Part shown: positions 28,585 to 39,679 of the stretch, one piece after another | How the letters are laid out: every line of letters starts with the position of its first letter | Numbering within the stretch: the stretch's first letter is position 1 | DNA from: Bugula neritina | Taxonomy: Eukaryota; Animalia; Bryozoa | Length of the DNA stretch: 64,000 nucleotides | Assembly: GCA_964035545.1 (NCBI GenBank) | Contig: OZ037765.1 | Coordinates: 11,666,698 to 11,730,697 of the forward strand | Direction: 5' to 3' | Notes under the pieces: model-generated | Database searches by the model: none | Seen by the model: only the letters and a program-made list of their open reading frames with translations | Told to the model about the DNA's origin: nothing | Position numbers and translations under genes: made by a program

Positions 28585-29236
28585 CTGTAATTGGCATGCA
28601 CTGCTCACTTAGCATTTAGTAATACATTTTTTATGTCCCTGGATATAAATATATATATATAATGTGCCACACATAATATTTAGTTTTACACGAAAGATAT
28701 TTTTTGTAGCTATTGCAATATATGTCGACTATATTATATGCATGTAAATAGTTATTATACTTATAGTCAATTTGAGTTGATTGGTCTTATATCAGAAGCC
28801 TTACTTTATACTAATGGACACCTTAGTCACATTGTAAAATATTTCTTTATTTACACTATTAAAGAAAATATGCTACCATAACTATGTGATATTTTATGGA
28901 AAAGCTAAAATACATTATAATTTATAACCATGAAAACTTCTTTAGCCTAATGTGCATCATTTTTTGGTAAGGTAGTATTTCTGTTCTTTAATCCCAAAGA
29001 CTTTCCAGCAATAAGTCATCAAATGGCATATTCAGCAGTTCACTATTTGATATTATTCTCACTTTGACACTTGAATCCATCACAAGCTTCATCTTACTAT
29101 AATGATATTTTTACCATTAGAACTTTTCAAATGGAAGCTGATGTAATGGGATGACATATTTCAACTATTTGCATAATTACTAATAACACCTATAAATACC
29201 TTTCAAGAGACACTTTATGAGAGTCCAATGGTATAC

Positions 29237-32200
29237 CTAGATCAAAATGAAGAAACACAAAACTTTATAAATATACGGTCTTTGAGATAAGCTCATTTCA
29301 ATTCTAAAATTTGCACAAGTGTTACCAAGAGAATTACAGCAGGCAATACCTGAACATGCCTTAATACAAAAGGAAAGTGTTGTACAGCTTTGGCACCTTT
29401 GTTTAGATAACAAATGGAAGGTTGACAAAGAACTACTTTGGGTCAAATGTGAATAAAAAAATTCTGCTGTGTTTTAAAACCTAACCAATGTATCACATTG
29501 AAAATATTTTTTGTAAATTTAATTTTTTTAAACCATGAATTACCTGATGTATTTTTGTTGGAAGACATGTCGCTTATTTTGTCCACTTGAGTTGATGTCG
29601 CTAAGGGACCACCTATAAAAAGGACAACCTTTAATTTGTATAATATATTTGTATAATTTGTATTCTTGTGGGCTGCTAAACCATTTTTCTATGCAAATAA
29701 GCATTTATTAAGGTTTTTGCAATAACTCAACACCAACTATATTGAAGTTGTCTAAATCTATTAATCATGTTCATTACTTAATGTCGGTAATTAGCAGATG
29801 TTGCGAAGTTCTTTTAAGTTCTAATTAACAGCAATCAAAGTACAATTTTACTTTTATTACTAATATCTAAACTCATACCTAAACCGTTTCCAGCCGATGA
29901 ATGAACATGACCAAATGAGCTGTTTGATTTGTAGTTCAGACTCTCATTTTCTTTTGGAAGAACTTCAAACAACCCGGTTGCATTTAGTTGTTCACAAGGT
30001 GACTCTAAAGGTGAATAAACACTGCGGGCAGGTGATGGAAATCTGGCACAAATTTTATGAGGGGGCGAGGCAAACATTTTCCCATTGCATTGTATAATGA
30101 TAGGGTTTTGGGGCAAGGGAATTTTAGCAGAAGTCTTGCATACAGATGGTTTGGAGTGAACTTGACTTCTTGAAGAACTGTCTTCGAATAACTCATCAAA
30201 AACAAGCTGAGCAGCTGACCTGCAATAACAAGTCAGCGCTGATAGGTTTGACACCTTCCAACATCAAAACATGATTCATATATTCATTTTAAATAAAATG
30301 GTTAACATGCTCCATATGACAAGTTGTATAGAAAAGTCAATTTAAACCACAATAAATGTGTTATAGCTGACTAGAGTGGCAAAATTATTTAGCTTATTAC
30401 TTCTGTGTCGATGAAACAGTTTGGCTCGCTTGTGAATACAACGGTTGGCTAAATGGCAAAGATGTAATCTCTTTAGGAGGAGAAGCAATAGTCAGAACGG
30501 AATAGTCAACTTCTGTGCAATTTGATGCATCTAAATCAATAAAAAGCACGGTAAAATGTTAAAAATGATTGAAACTGCCAGTTATACTCGCAACACAAAG
30601 AATGTAAAGCAATAATATGTTATTAGATATATGAAATAACAAAGCTGTGACTGCAACAATTACAGAAGCTTCAAGATATAACCATAACTTCATTGGTGTA
30701 CAATAAAAAGTGTATATTAATTATAATATTGCATAACCAGCTGTACGTATATAAGACATACCTGAACTGACTGTTTCTGATTTATTCAAGAGTTGCTGCC
30801 TCACTTCATTAAACTGACAACACAAACGTTCATGAATCTTCACCAAATTAAGGCATTTTGTCAATCTAACACAATGCATAATACATATATAAACATTACA
30901 AGTTAGAACTAATGTTGGGCTTATTTTCAATATAGCTTTTAATGACAAAGAAAACGCCCATAAACATGCAATTAAAAATTAATCAACTTATTATAATGAG
31001 AAACATTGAATCTACTTTACATGATATACTAAATGTTTCAGTATAATCTGACTGAAATATTATTACACTAGCTTAATTGAGCTCAACCTTGTGTTAATTT
31101 GGAGTTGTTTTCTTTTGATAGACCTTGCAGAAAATCTGGAAGTGTTGGAGAAATTCTGACTATCACTCAATTCCTCTTTTGTCGACTTAAAGACTCGTGA
31201 CAATCTGCCCAGAGCTTCTTTAATGGCATCTATTTCCATTTCAACAGGCTGAACTTATGAAATTACACAAAAGTTACAAATTAACTACAGATATAAGAGA
31301 ATACTTTTGGTATCTTATAGAGTCAATAGAGCATTTGAAGTCAATTCTTGACACGCCTGAATATTAACGCCAATAAAAGCAAATACTATAAAATAAAAAG
31401 CAGGCCCACTTCCTCAACAATTCACATGTAATAAAACTTTGCATATAAGTAAGTCAACCTTCAGCTAACGAGTCAAATGAATCTTTCATAGATTCTGATA
31501 CTTGCTCCTGTCGCTGCTGCAAATGATACAATATAGCCATTGCTCTGCTGTGCTTCTAAAATTAAAAAGACCCCAACACAGACATTTATAATGATGAATA
31601 TTATAGGAAATTGCTAGTCTATTAGTATACAGCAGAATATTATTGAGTTAGTGAACAGCATAATGATTACATATCTGCATGTAAAAAGTTCTACAATAGT
31701 TTTATGTAGAAATTTATTTTTCATATATTATAAAAGTTGTTTAGTGTAAGTTAGGATTTAAATTTTAACATTACTAGTAGCCATAATGCAATAAAACAAT
31801 GAAAATGTAATGCATAAATAACCAATCAAAATCGATGTATATATTACATTTTAGTGAATACTAATGGTAGACGAATATGCTTTAGGCATGAACGATGTTT
31901 GAATTATTTTGTTACTTGATCATCTGCTTTTTCTTCTGCATAATCAGAATCATTCATATGACACAGTCTTTTGCTAGCTTTTCGAGTTGAAGCCCTTGTC
32001 TTTCTAGTAAATGGAGATGATTCAGTTAGCTTAGTGTTTTGAGATGATGCATCATGTTTTGTTGGGGAAAGTTGAGATGCAGAGGTGATTTCTGTTTGTT
32101 GCAGATTGTCCATTAAATATGCTGATCTAAAAAACACATGCCGTGGTAAAATATATACACAGAAAAATGGCTAATATAGGAATGAGTAAGACATATACAG

Positions 32201-32641
32201 TAACTAAAATGCTCATCTGCAATAAAAATGTGAACATAAAATAGTAACACAATTTCTAGTTGAAATTAGGCCTATAATAAAAAAGTAAAAACACTTATTT
32301 TCCCTGGTCTAGGTTAGATTTGAATTTACAGTTTCTATACATACTTTTTATGCAAGAGTTTAGCTAAAGGCACTAGTTCAAGAAGTTTGGGTAATTTATA
32401 AGTTATAAAAATATATTTTTTGAAATAATACATCAAAATTTAATTTCTTATTTTTATGATATAAAAGCTATTTAAACTTTTCTGTGATAATAAGCTAAAA
32501 TTTAGGTCAACATACAAAATTCTTCGTCGATTTGATCTAACAATGTCTGAACCAAAACTTCTTTTTGAGCAGTGCACAGTCTGGGTATCAGTATGCTATT
32601 ACTTACACACATTGCTCTGAGGCAATATCAGGAGAATCCAT
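29237..32641 (-). CDS. Uncharacterised Ser/Thr-rich protein with helical segment and Cys-rich C-terminus (about 450-475 aa)
   Basis: Eight consecutive GT-AG exons with matching phases and no stops: 32126-31916, 31555-31459, 31253-31088, 30865-30762, 30530-30401, 30219-29879, 29612-29544, 29466-29237 (TAG). Start uncertain: ATG 32641 via a 46-nt intron and a short exon near 32560-32517, or the internal MDNLQQ ATG. Last exon less certain. Confidence 0.65.
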
Positions 32642-33269
32642 CACAGTCACTACCAAGTCCAACTTTATTGAAACACTAAACTAAAAAGTAATGAACTGGT
32701 ACGATTAGTGGAAAATAATCGAGCGACACAAACCTAAAGAGGGAATTGCACAAACAAAAAATCATATTACTTAATCTTATTAGTCACTACTGACAAATGA
32801 TAAGTCATTATCATTACGATTACATTTACTTTGACACTTCTACTTTTAGTGATGTACTGTTTATTGATACTGATAGTAACTACGAGTATGACTGTCACTA
32901 TGACTACCACTATGAGTTCGAGCATAGGATGATCATCACAAAGTCGCATAAGTGATAAGACTAAGAATAAGTGTCATAAACTCATTATCATCATCATGAC
33001 TATTAGTATGAGAATCAGTATCACTATGATTCTACTATAACTATAACTATAAGTATAACTATGATCATGATGATGATGGTGACTAATGCAATTTCAATTT
33101 ATTTCCAATGATGATAAAAATGCAATAAATGTTTTAGCTTCCTCGCAACAATATAAATACATGCATAAGAATTTTGAAATTATTCTATTTTATAATGACC
33201 TTATGATTACGATGATCTTAATTTTGAACGGCTCAATTTATATTATTAATATTATCTACTCAAGCCTCA

Positions 33270-33430
33270 AGTTGAAGAAGTTAAGCTCGGAAACGGGTCA
33301 AGAGAAGATACTTCTGCTTTTTAGCCCGTCGTTTCACATTAATGCGTTTTATCACTTTTTGAAACCGAAAACCAAAGGACGCAAAATCAAATATTATTCG
33401 TAAATTATTGGGCTCGATAAAAATAATGTA
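33270..33430. promoter_or_regulatory. Putative bidirectional promoter core (uncharacterised gene / ankyrin gene)
   Basis: Lies between two divergent genes; local cluster of CpGs in otherwise CpG-poor DNA. Positional inference only. Confidence 0.4.
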
Positions 33431-33797
33431 ATGTTCTTAGGCTTAGAGTTTATAAACTTCAAATCACTGAACCAGAAATCATAAAATTGAAAGAAATAAG
33501 TATTAGATTCAATCTAACTTTAAGTTTATATGGCTTTGCTGATGCACTTGTATAATTATATATATTAAATTTCTATCAACTATGTCTATTGTAGTTTTAG
33601 AAACAGAGTCACTCTCAGAGTGACACTGACTGGGACTCTGGGAGAGTGAGCAATGCTCACGCCTCACACTCAGTCCCACAGTCCTGAGTCACTGTCAGTG
33701 TCACCACAGTCACTCTGACTCAGTCATTGTCAGAGTCCAGGCCCTAGATATGGGGATTTGAAGCCTGAAGCTGAAAGCCAAAGAGAATAATCATTAT

Positions 33798-33934
33798 TCA
33801 TTAGTATTAGTATTACATTTACTGTATTAGTATTATTAATAGTATTACTATTACTATTAGTATTATTATTACTATTACTATTAGTATTACTATTAGTATT
33901 AGTATTACTATTACTATTACTATTAGTATTAGTA
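33798..33934. repeat. Degenerate (TAGTAT/TACTAT)n microsatellite
   Basis: Direct reading: ttagtattagtattac...tattagtattagtattactattactattac. Confidence 0.85.
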
Positions 33935-35068
33935 ACTGAACATGAATATCAATAGACATACTGTGATACTGATACTCATAGTTTCAATATGAATATAGAA
34001 ATATCCTCTATAAGTCTTGCTATCACTATGAGTATGAATTATGGGTATCAGTATGAGTATGAATATCAGTTTCACATAAAATGTAACTTGCATTGAATGT
34101 AAAACTGATAGTCAGGCTCAAACTGATCGACTTACACTTATGGCCTAGTGTATCAGTATCAGTATGGCTATGAGTATGACTGTTACTGTTAGTCTTAGTG
34201 TGAGACTGTAAGTGTACAATAAAATTAAACATAGTATTAATTGTAACACTATAAGTATGGCTCATACTCCTAAGGATAATGATAGTCATAGTGATAATTA
34301 TAGTCACGCTATCATTATTAGTCTGAATATGATAATGGTGATTGTCTTGGACTATCAGCTTCAGTATGACTATGAGTATTAGTGTCTAACTCTATGACTA
34401 CTAGTATTCGTGTTACCATATTAAATTCAATGCAGATATGACATCTTGTTCATGATTATCAAGATCACTATGATTATGAATATTAGTATCAGTATGAGTA
34501 TGAAAAGATAATCATTGATTGTTGTTATGATGAATACAGAGTGTGAATGTAAATGAGGTTCAAGTTACTGTCAGAGCTGAAATGAGATTAAATTGAGTCA
34601 TGACACTGATGAGAGTTATTTTTGTAACAGCCTCCTTACCAAACTCAAAGGTAAGTTGAGTTTGAAGCTGGGATTTTGTAACTTACCTTTAGTTTTATGC
34701 CTTACAAACTCTGTAAATGCAACAGTAAGTGGTAAAATTGATTTGATTTTAAATCTCACTCAAATTCGAGCAAATCTAGCGTTGATAAAAGCTAATCTAA
34801 ACTAATCAAAATAAAAGACTATAATTAGGACAAAATAAGGTTTTATTTTAGAAATGATTCTTTTATTTCATGATTAAAATATTCCTGCTTTTAACTGAGA
34901 TTTTAATATGCTTCATGTAGTAAAATGTAGTGCAATATTTGGCTGTAATACTATGATTAATTAATATGCACAATTAAAAATTTTATTGGATCATTCATAG
35001 TGAAAGGTATGATTAATGCAAGTATTGGAAAGTCACTGCTAAAAAACTGAGAAAAGACATTGTATATT

Positions 35069-38000
35069 ATGGGTCAAGCTGAGAGTCGCCAAGAGCAGTT
35101 TTGGGAAGCGTGTGGCTTTGGCCATGTTGATAAAGTACGGGAATTGCTTGAAGAAGGAGTTGATGTCAATTGGGTTTCCAAGACGGTAACATATATTAAA
35201 GCAATAGATATAATTCAATATTTATTAATTTAGTTTGACAAAGATCTAAACTTTAAAGCCTTTTTTCCAGAAATAAAAGCGTAATATTTATTTCAAAACA
35301 TTTTTGTAGCATGATTCCTGTCCTATACACGCTGCTTCTCAAGGAAAACCGGAAATTGTGAAGATGCTAATTGAAGCTGGTTGTGATGTTAATGTTAGGG
35401 ATGAGGTAATTTGTGTTACCATACTAAATTTAGTTTTACGTGGCATCTTTGTTGATGGTAAACTTCTTTATTTTTCTGGTTTTTCTCTTCAGTGGTAGCC
35501 AAAGGAGATTAACTCTTTTTAGATTTTCTGATTTCTGGCATCTCTCACCTTAAGTTCTAGCTTTTTCATGTCATTTTTTACTGCACCTTTCAACTTTTTC
35601 TATAACTTTCTTTCCCACCTAGTCTTCTCAGCACATGACCATATCACTTCTTTTAATTCCACACCTGTTGTTCTTTTCATGTACTCATTTTTAATACTAT
35701 CTGTTCTTGTCATTCAAATTACTAGTTTAAGCATTCTTAGCTTCACTATCTCCTGTCTCCCAGTCCGTCTCTCTGTTTATGAATCATACATTACTTCTGA
35801 ATATCTTTTCGTTCAACCTAATCAACACATTATATTTCATATTGTTTCTTAGACTCTTAATTTATTTCAGCCTACTTGTACTGCTCCTCTAGCTGCAACT
35901 TCCTGCATTGTAGCTCTAATTTGATGTCTCTGGTTTTAGGAAGCCACGCTCCTTGCACTGTGGTTTGAAAATTCATACGCAAGTACTCAGTCTTTACTTT
36001 ACTAATTTTTTATTCTCTTGCTTTCTACTGCCATTCTCCATTTTTTTAGACTTTCTTCAAACAGCTCTTTACTTCTCTTACATTTAGCAATGGCATCTGC
36101 AAATGATATTGTTATATGGGGTCTCCTGTCTCACTTCATCTGTTAGTCTGTCTATCAATACTGCAAGTAAGAATGGGCTTAGCCTAGGGCCACACGGTGC
36201 GTATTTCCGCATGCGAAAATTGAACTCACAAGTAGCAAAGGTGTCCACTGTAGCGTCAGTGATGCGTGATAAATAAAGCTTTCATTTTTAAATCACACTC
36301 GCTTTCAATAAAACGCAATTTACTGGAATGTAGCACTAAAATAAAGAAATTGGGCTCGCTGAATAACTACCAGCCAATTAGGTAACGACGACAGAGACGA
36401 TTCGCACTTGCGTTGAAAATGCTGAGCGACAAGTGTGAATGTTTTCTCAACGCGCACAGTGGACACCTTTGCTACTTGTGAGTTCAATTTTCGCATGCGG
36501 AAATACGCACCGTGTGGCCCTAGGCTAAGAGCTAAATGTGATGCAGACTAACTTATATATAAGCTCCTACTGTACTCCTTATTGCTGTAACACTTCCCTT
36601 GTATATATCTGGTACTACTCTCACATTTCCCAGGTACATCTGAGATTCTTTAACTGTGCCATAAATTAGCTATTGGGACACACAGTGCAAATCATGTTAT
36701 TTTCTATGTTTTTTCTGTGAGCATCCTCAATGGAACTATTGCATCTGCCGTGCCCTTTCTAGACATGAACTCATACTGTTGTTCAAAAATCTCAACTTCT
36801 AATTTTTTTCTTCACAACTCTTTCTTATGCCTTCATGCTGTGACTTATAGTTTTATGATACTGTAGCTCATATAGCATTGTTCATCCCTTTTGCTCTTAT
36901 AAATGGGTACCAGCATGCTCTGTCTCCATTCTTCTGGCATCTTTCTCCTTTTTAAGACATGGTTGAATAGTCTAGTCAAGTATTTTACTCCTCACTCTCT
37001 TATAATAAACTGATTTTATATAAGACTTTGTAAGCTAACTGAAAAGAATTACAAATAAACTTGCATATTTACAAATATTTTTTTATTGTGATACTTGGTT
37101 AATTATCATTGTCTTTAATGCACAGCATCTCCTATTTAATATAAGTGTAAGAGTTAATTCCAGTGACAACCCATCTTAATGCTCAGTGAACTGATGATCT
37201 ATAAGCAATCTCATTGTTGTTTGTTTTAAGAATGTGTTGTTTATTCTGTTTGTCTGTATTTTAGAGAAAAAGTACTGCATTACATCATGCTGCTATGAAT
37301 GGATACACTGACTGTGTTAAACTGTTGATTGAAGCTGGAGCGTGTGTTAATGTGGAGGATAAGGTGAGATGTAGCAGTGTGTAAATTAATATTGCACTGC
37401 TTTTTGATTGTCTGTGACAGGGTTTACCAACCTTATTATATTACAACTAATTTGTGTACTGTAGAACAGCTGGACCCCGTTGCACAATGCAGCATACTGG
37501 GCTCATTCTGAAGTTACAGAAATTCTTATTTCACACAAAGCAGACTGCACTATAAAAAATAAGGTTACACCGGATATTATTTACCATTTATCTTCAAAAA
37601 TGCTAGTTGGGTAATTTGCACCATTCCATAAATTGTGTGTTTAAATTTAAAGTTCAAAGAGTTTTTATAAAAAAATATATTTTTAGGGCAAATAATTTTG
37701 ACTTATTGATTTTTATATGAAGATATACTTTACCTTGAATAAGTTTTCTAAGATTGTGAAATATTTGCTTTACAATTTAGGATGCACGATTGCCATTGCA
37801 TGAAGTAGCACGTAGTAGAAGCACAGATGAGAAGAGTATTGAAAGAATAACGGAATTGTTGATTGAAAGAGGATGTGATATAGAGTCCAAGGCTGGCACC
37901 GATGGTTTCAGTGACTTTACAGCCTTAATGTTTGCCAGTTATCATGGCCATGTCAGTGTAGTTCAACAGCTGCTGAAGGCAAACTGCAATGTCAATGCTC

Positions 38001-38702
38001 AGAGCTATGTAAGTTTATCAATCTAGCATTGTATATTATATTATATTATAAGTTTCTCAATCTAGTATTGTATATAGTATTATGTCAATTTATTATTATG
38101 TACCAGTTCTGATGGTTTTCTCGTTTTTGAAAATATTATAATTTGTCCATGTAAATATTATCATTGACTGGTTTATTGAATGTTAATTTCACATTTATGC
38201 CAATTTTTTGTTTACTGTTGCATGTGTTGCAGAACAAGTGGACTGCTTTGCATTGGGCTTCAGACAGATCTCATGCCGATGTAGTTGAGCTGTTATTAAA
38301 GAATGATGCTGAGGTCAACATTCAAGGAAATGTAAGACTTCAAATATAAAGCAAACCTGTTATTGGTTTAAGAAAAATCCCTCAAACATAGAATATAATT
38401 TCTACATTGTATTGTAGAGATCTGAGTTAGCTATAGACAGAGCGAAAAATGAAGAGGTAAAAGCTCTCTTTATAAAACTAGCCAATCAATCTCTTCCAAT
38501 CAAGAGTTCACCATTGAATAACTCAAAACCGGAAGAAGTTGCTGAAGTGGGACCTTTGCCAGATGAAATGCAGAGTTCTATGCGCAAGGATGTTGATTTG
38601 CTTAATGATACCTCATCTACTGAAACTCATTCTGCTGATTCTTCAGACAAGGAGTTGTTGAATGAACATCCATTGGCAAATCCAAATACACCTAATAATT
38701 GA
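35069..38702 (+). CDS. Ankyrin-repeat protein (340 aa, about 7 repeats, N-myristoylation motif MGQAES, acidic tail)
   Basis: Exons 35069-35185, 35310-35405, 37265-37363, 37465-37563, 37781-38008, 38233-38331, 38418-38702; all introns phase 0; ankyrin motifs CPIHAAS, TALHHAAMNGYTDCVKLLIEAGA, WTPLHNAA, LPLHEVA, FTALMFASYHGH, WTALHWAS. Confidence 0.9.
35465..36995 (-). mobile_element. Decayed 5'-truncated RTE-clade LINE (RT and C-terminus) in ankyrin-gene intron 2, interrupted by the MITE
   Basis: Minus-strand translation with stops and frameshifts: YLTRLFNHVLKRRKMPEEWRQSMLVPIYK, QQYEFM, ALSPFLLAVLIDRLTDEVRQE, FADAI, KTEYL, LRMLK..MTRTDSIKNEY, AVKNDM - all recognisable RTE motifs. Boundaries approximate. 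Confidence 0.85.
36182..36525. mobile_element. MITE, 344 bp, perfect 70-bp TIRs, probably PIF/Harbinger (Tourist-like)
   Basis: 36182-36251 is the exact reverse complement of 36456-36525 (GCCTAGGGCCACACGGTGCGTATTTCCGC...); flanks TTA / TAA; CpG-rich relative to surroundings. Confidence 0.9.
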
Positions 38703-39679
38703 TTTCCATAATGACTTGACCAGTGTGTAGTTTGAACTGTATAATTATTATTTTCATTATTGATATCCACATTGTATTTATACTAAATATGCCTTGTACT
38801 CATCTTAACACCCTCGGCTGCTTGTATCTATATGAGGGCTTGCCAATTACAAAAAATTAAATTCACTGTATGTTTTTCAACAGTTGGTGCTAAGTTTTTT
38901 AATTGGTTATCTTTTTGGAATTTAGTCACAATTTTAAAACTTTAGATATCTAATATTTCTTCAAGATTGCTGATCAAAATTTACTCCATCTGCCCAACAT
39001 AAAAATGGGTGTATTGGTGTGATTTTTTTTCTTCAAAATTGTCTTTAGTATTATACTTATAATATATTCCAAATAACCTATTTAGAGCTTTAAAACTAAA
39101 CTCTAATTGTAACTCGTTGTAGCAACATTAAAAGTAATTATTGCATAGTAAATACTATACATGTACAAATTAAAAAAGATATTTCAAATAATAATTGAAT
39201 GCATTATTTAAGCACATATTATTACACTTTAGGAAAGCCATTTTTGCTTTTATACATTGATAATTTTTTTGTTTTTATATTGTACATAACTTGATACTAA
39301 ATAGAATAAGCAAATCTCAAAGATACAAAAGTATTAGGTGCTAGATTTTCTTTTACTTAGTTATTCTGGTTTACATTAATTTTAAATTTTAAATAATTTA
39401 TTTTAAAAATATACTATTCTGACACAACAAAAGGCTATATTTTGAAGATATAGCTTTTAATTTAAGTACTTGTCACAAATAAAGTATCAGTACTTTTTGC
39501 CAACTTCTATATCTATTATGAATTACATATTTCTGATGAAATACTATTCTGTAAATTTGGCAAATAGATAAAAAGTGAAATAGAATATTATAATACGGAA
39601 CTACTTAACATGTAGAATCGAGTATTAATATTAATGACATTTCTGAAAAATACTATCATACTATTATGTGGATGTCAGA

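Noticed and set aside
32517-32613. Minus-strand frame KEVLVQTLLDQIDEEF reminiscent of a Borealin N-terminus
   Set aside because: Its donor phase (1) does not fit the next exon (needs 2) and downstream exons show no Borealin similarity that I can recognise.
34026-34805. ORFs with alternating residues (also 3355-3567, 5056-5259, 32767-32949, 33086-33403, 50372-50554)
   Set aside because: By-products of the 6-bp-periodic low-complexity DNA; no splice or homology support.
35568-35852. 94-aa hydrophobic + strand ORF resembling a membrane protein
   Set aside because: Antisense reading of the purine-rich decayed RTE LINE.
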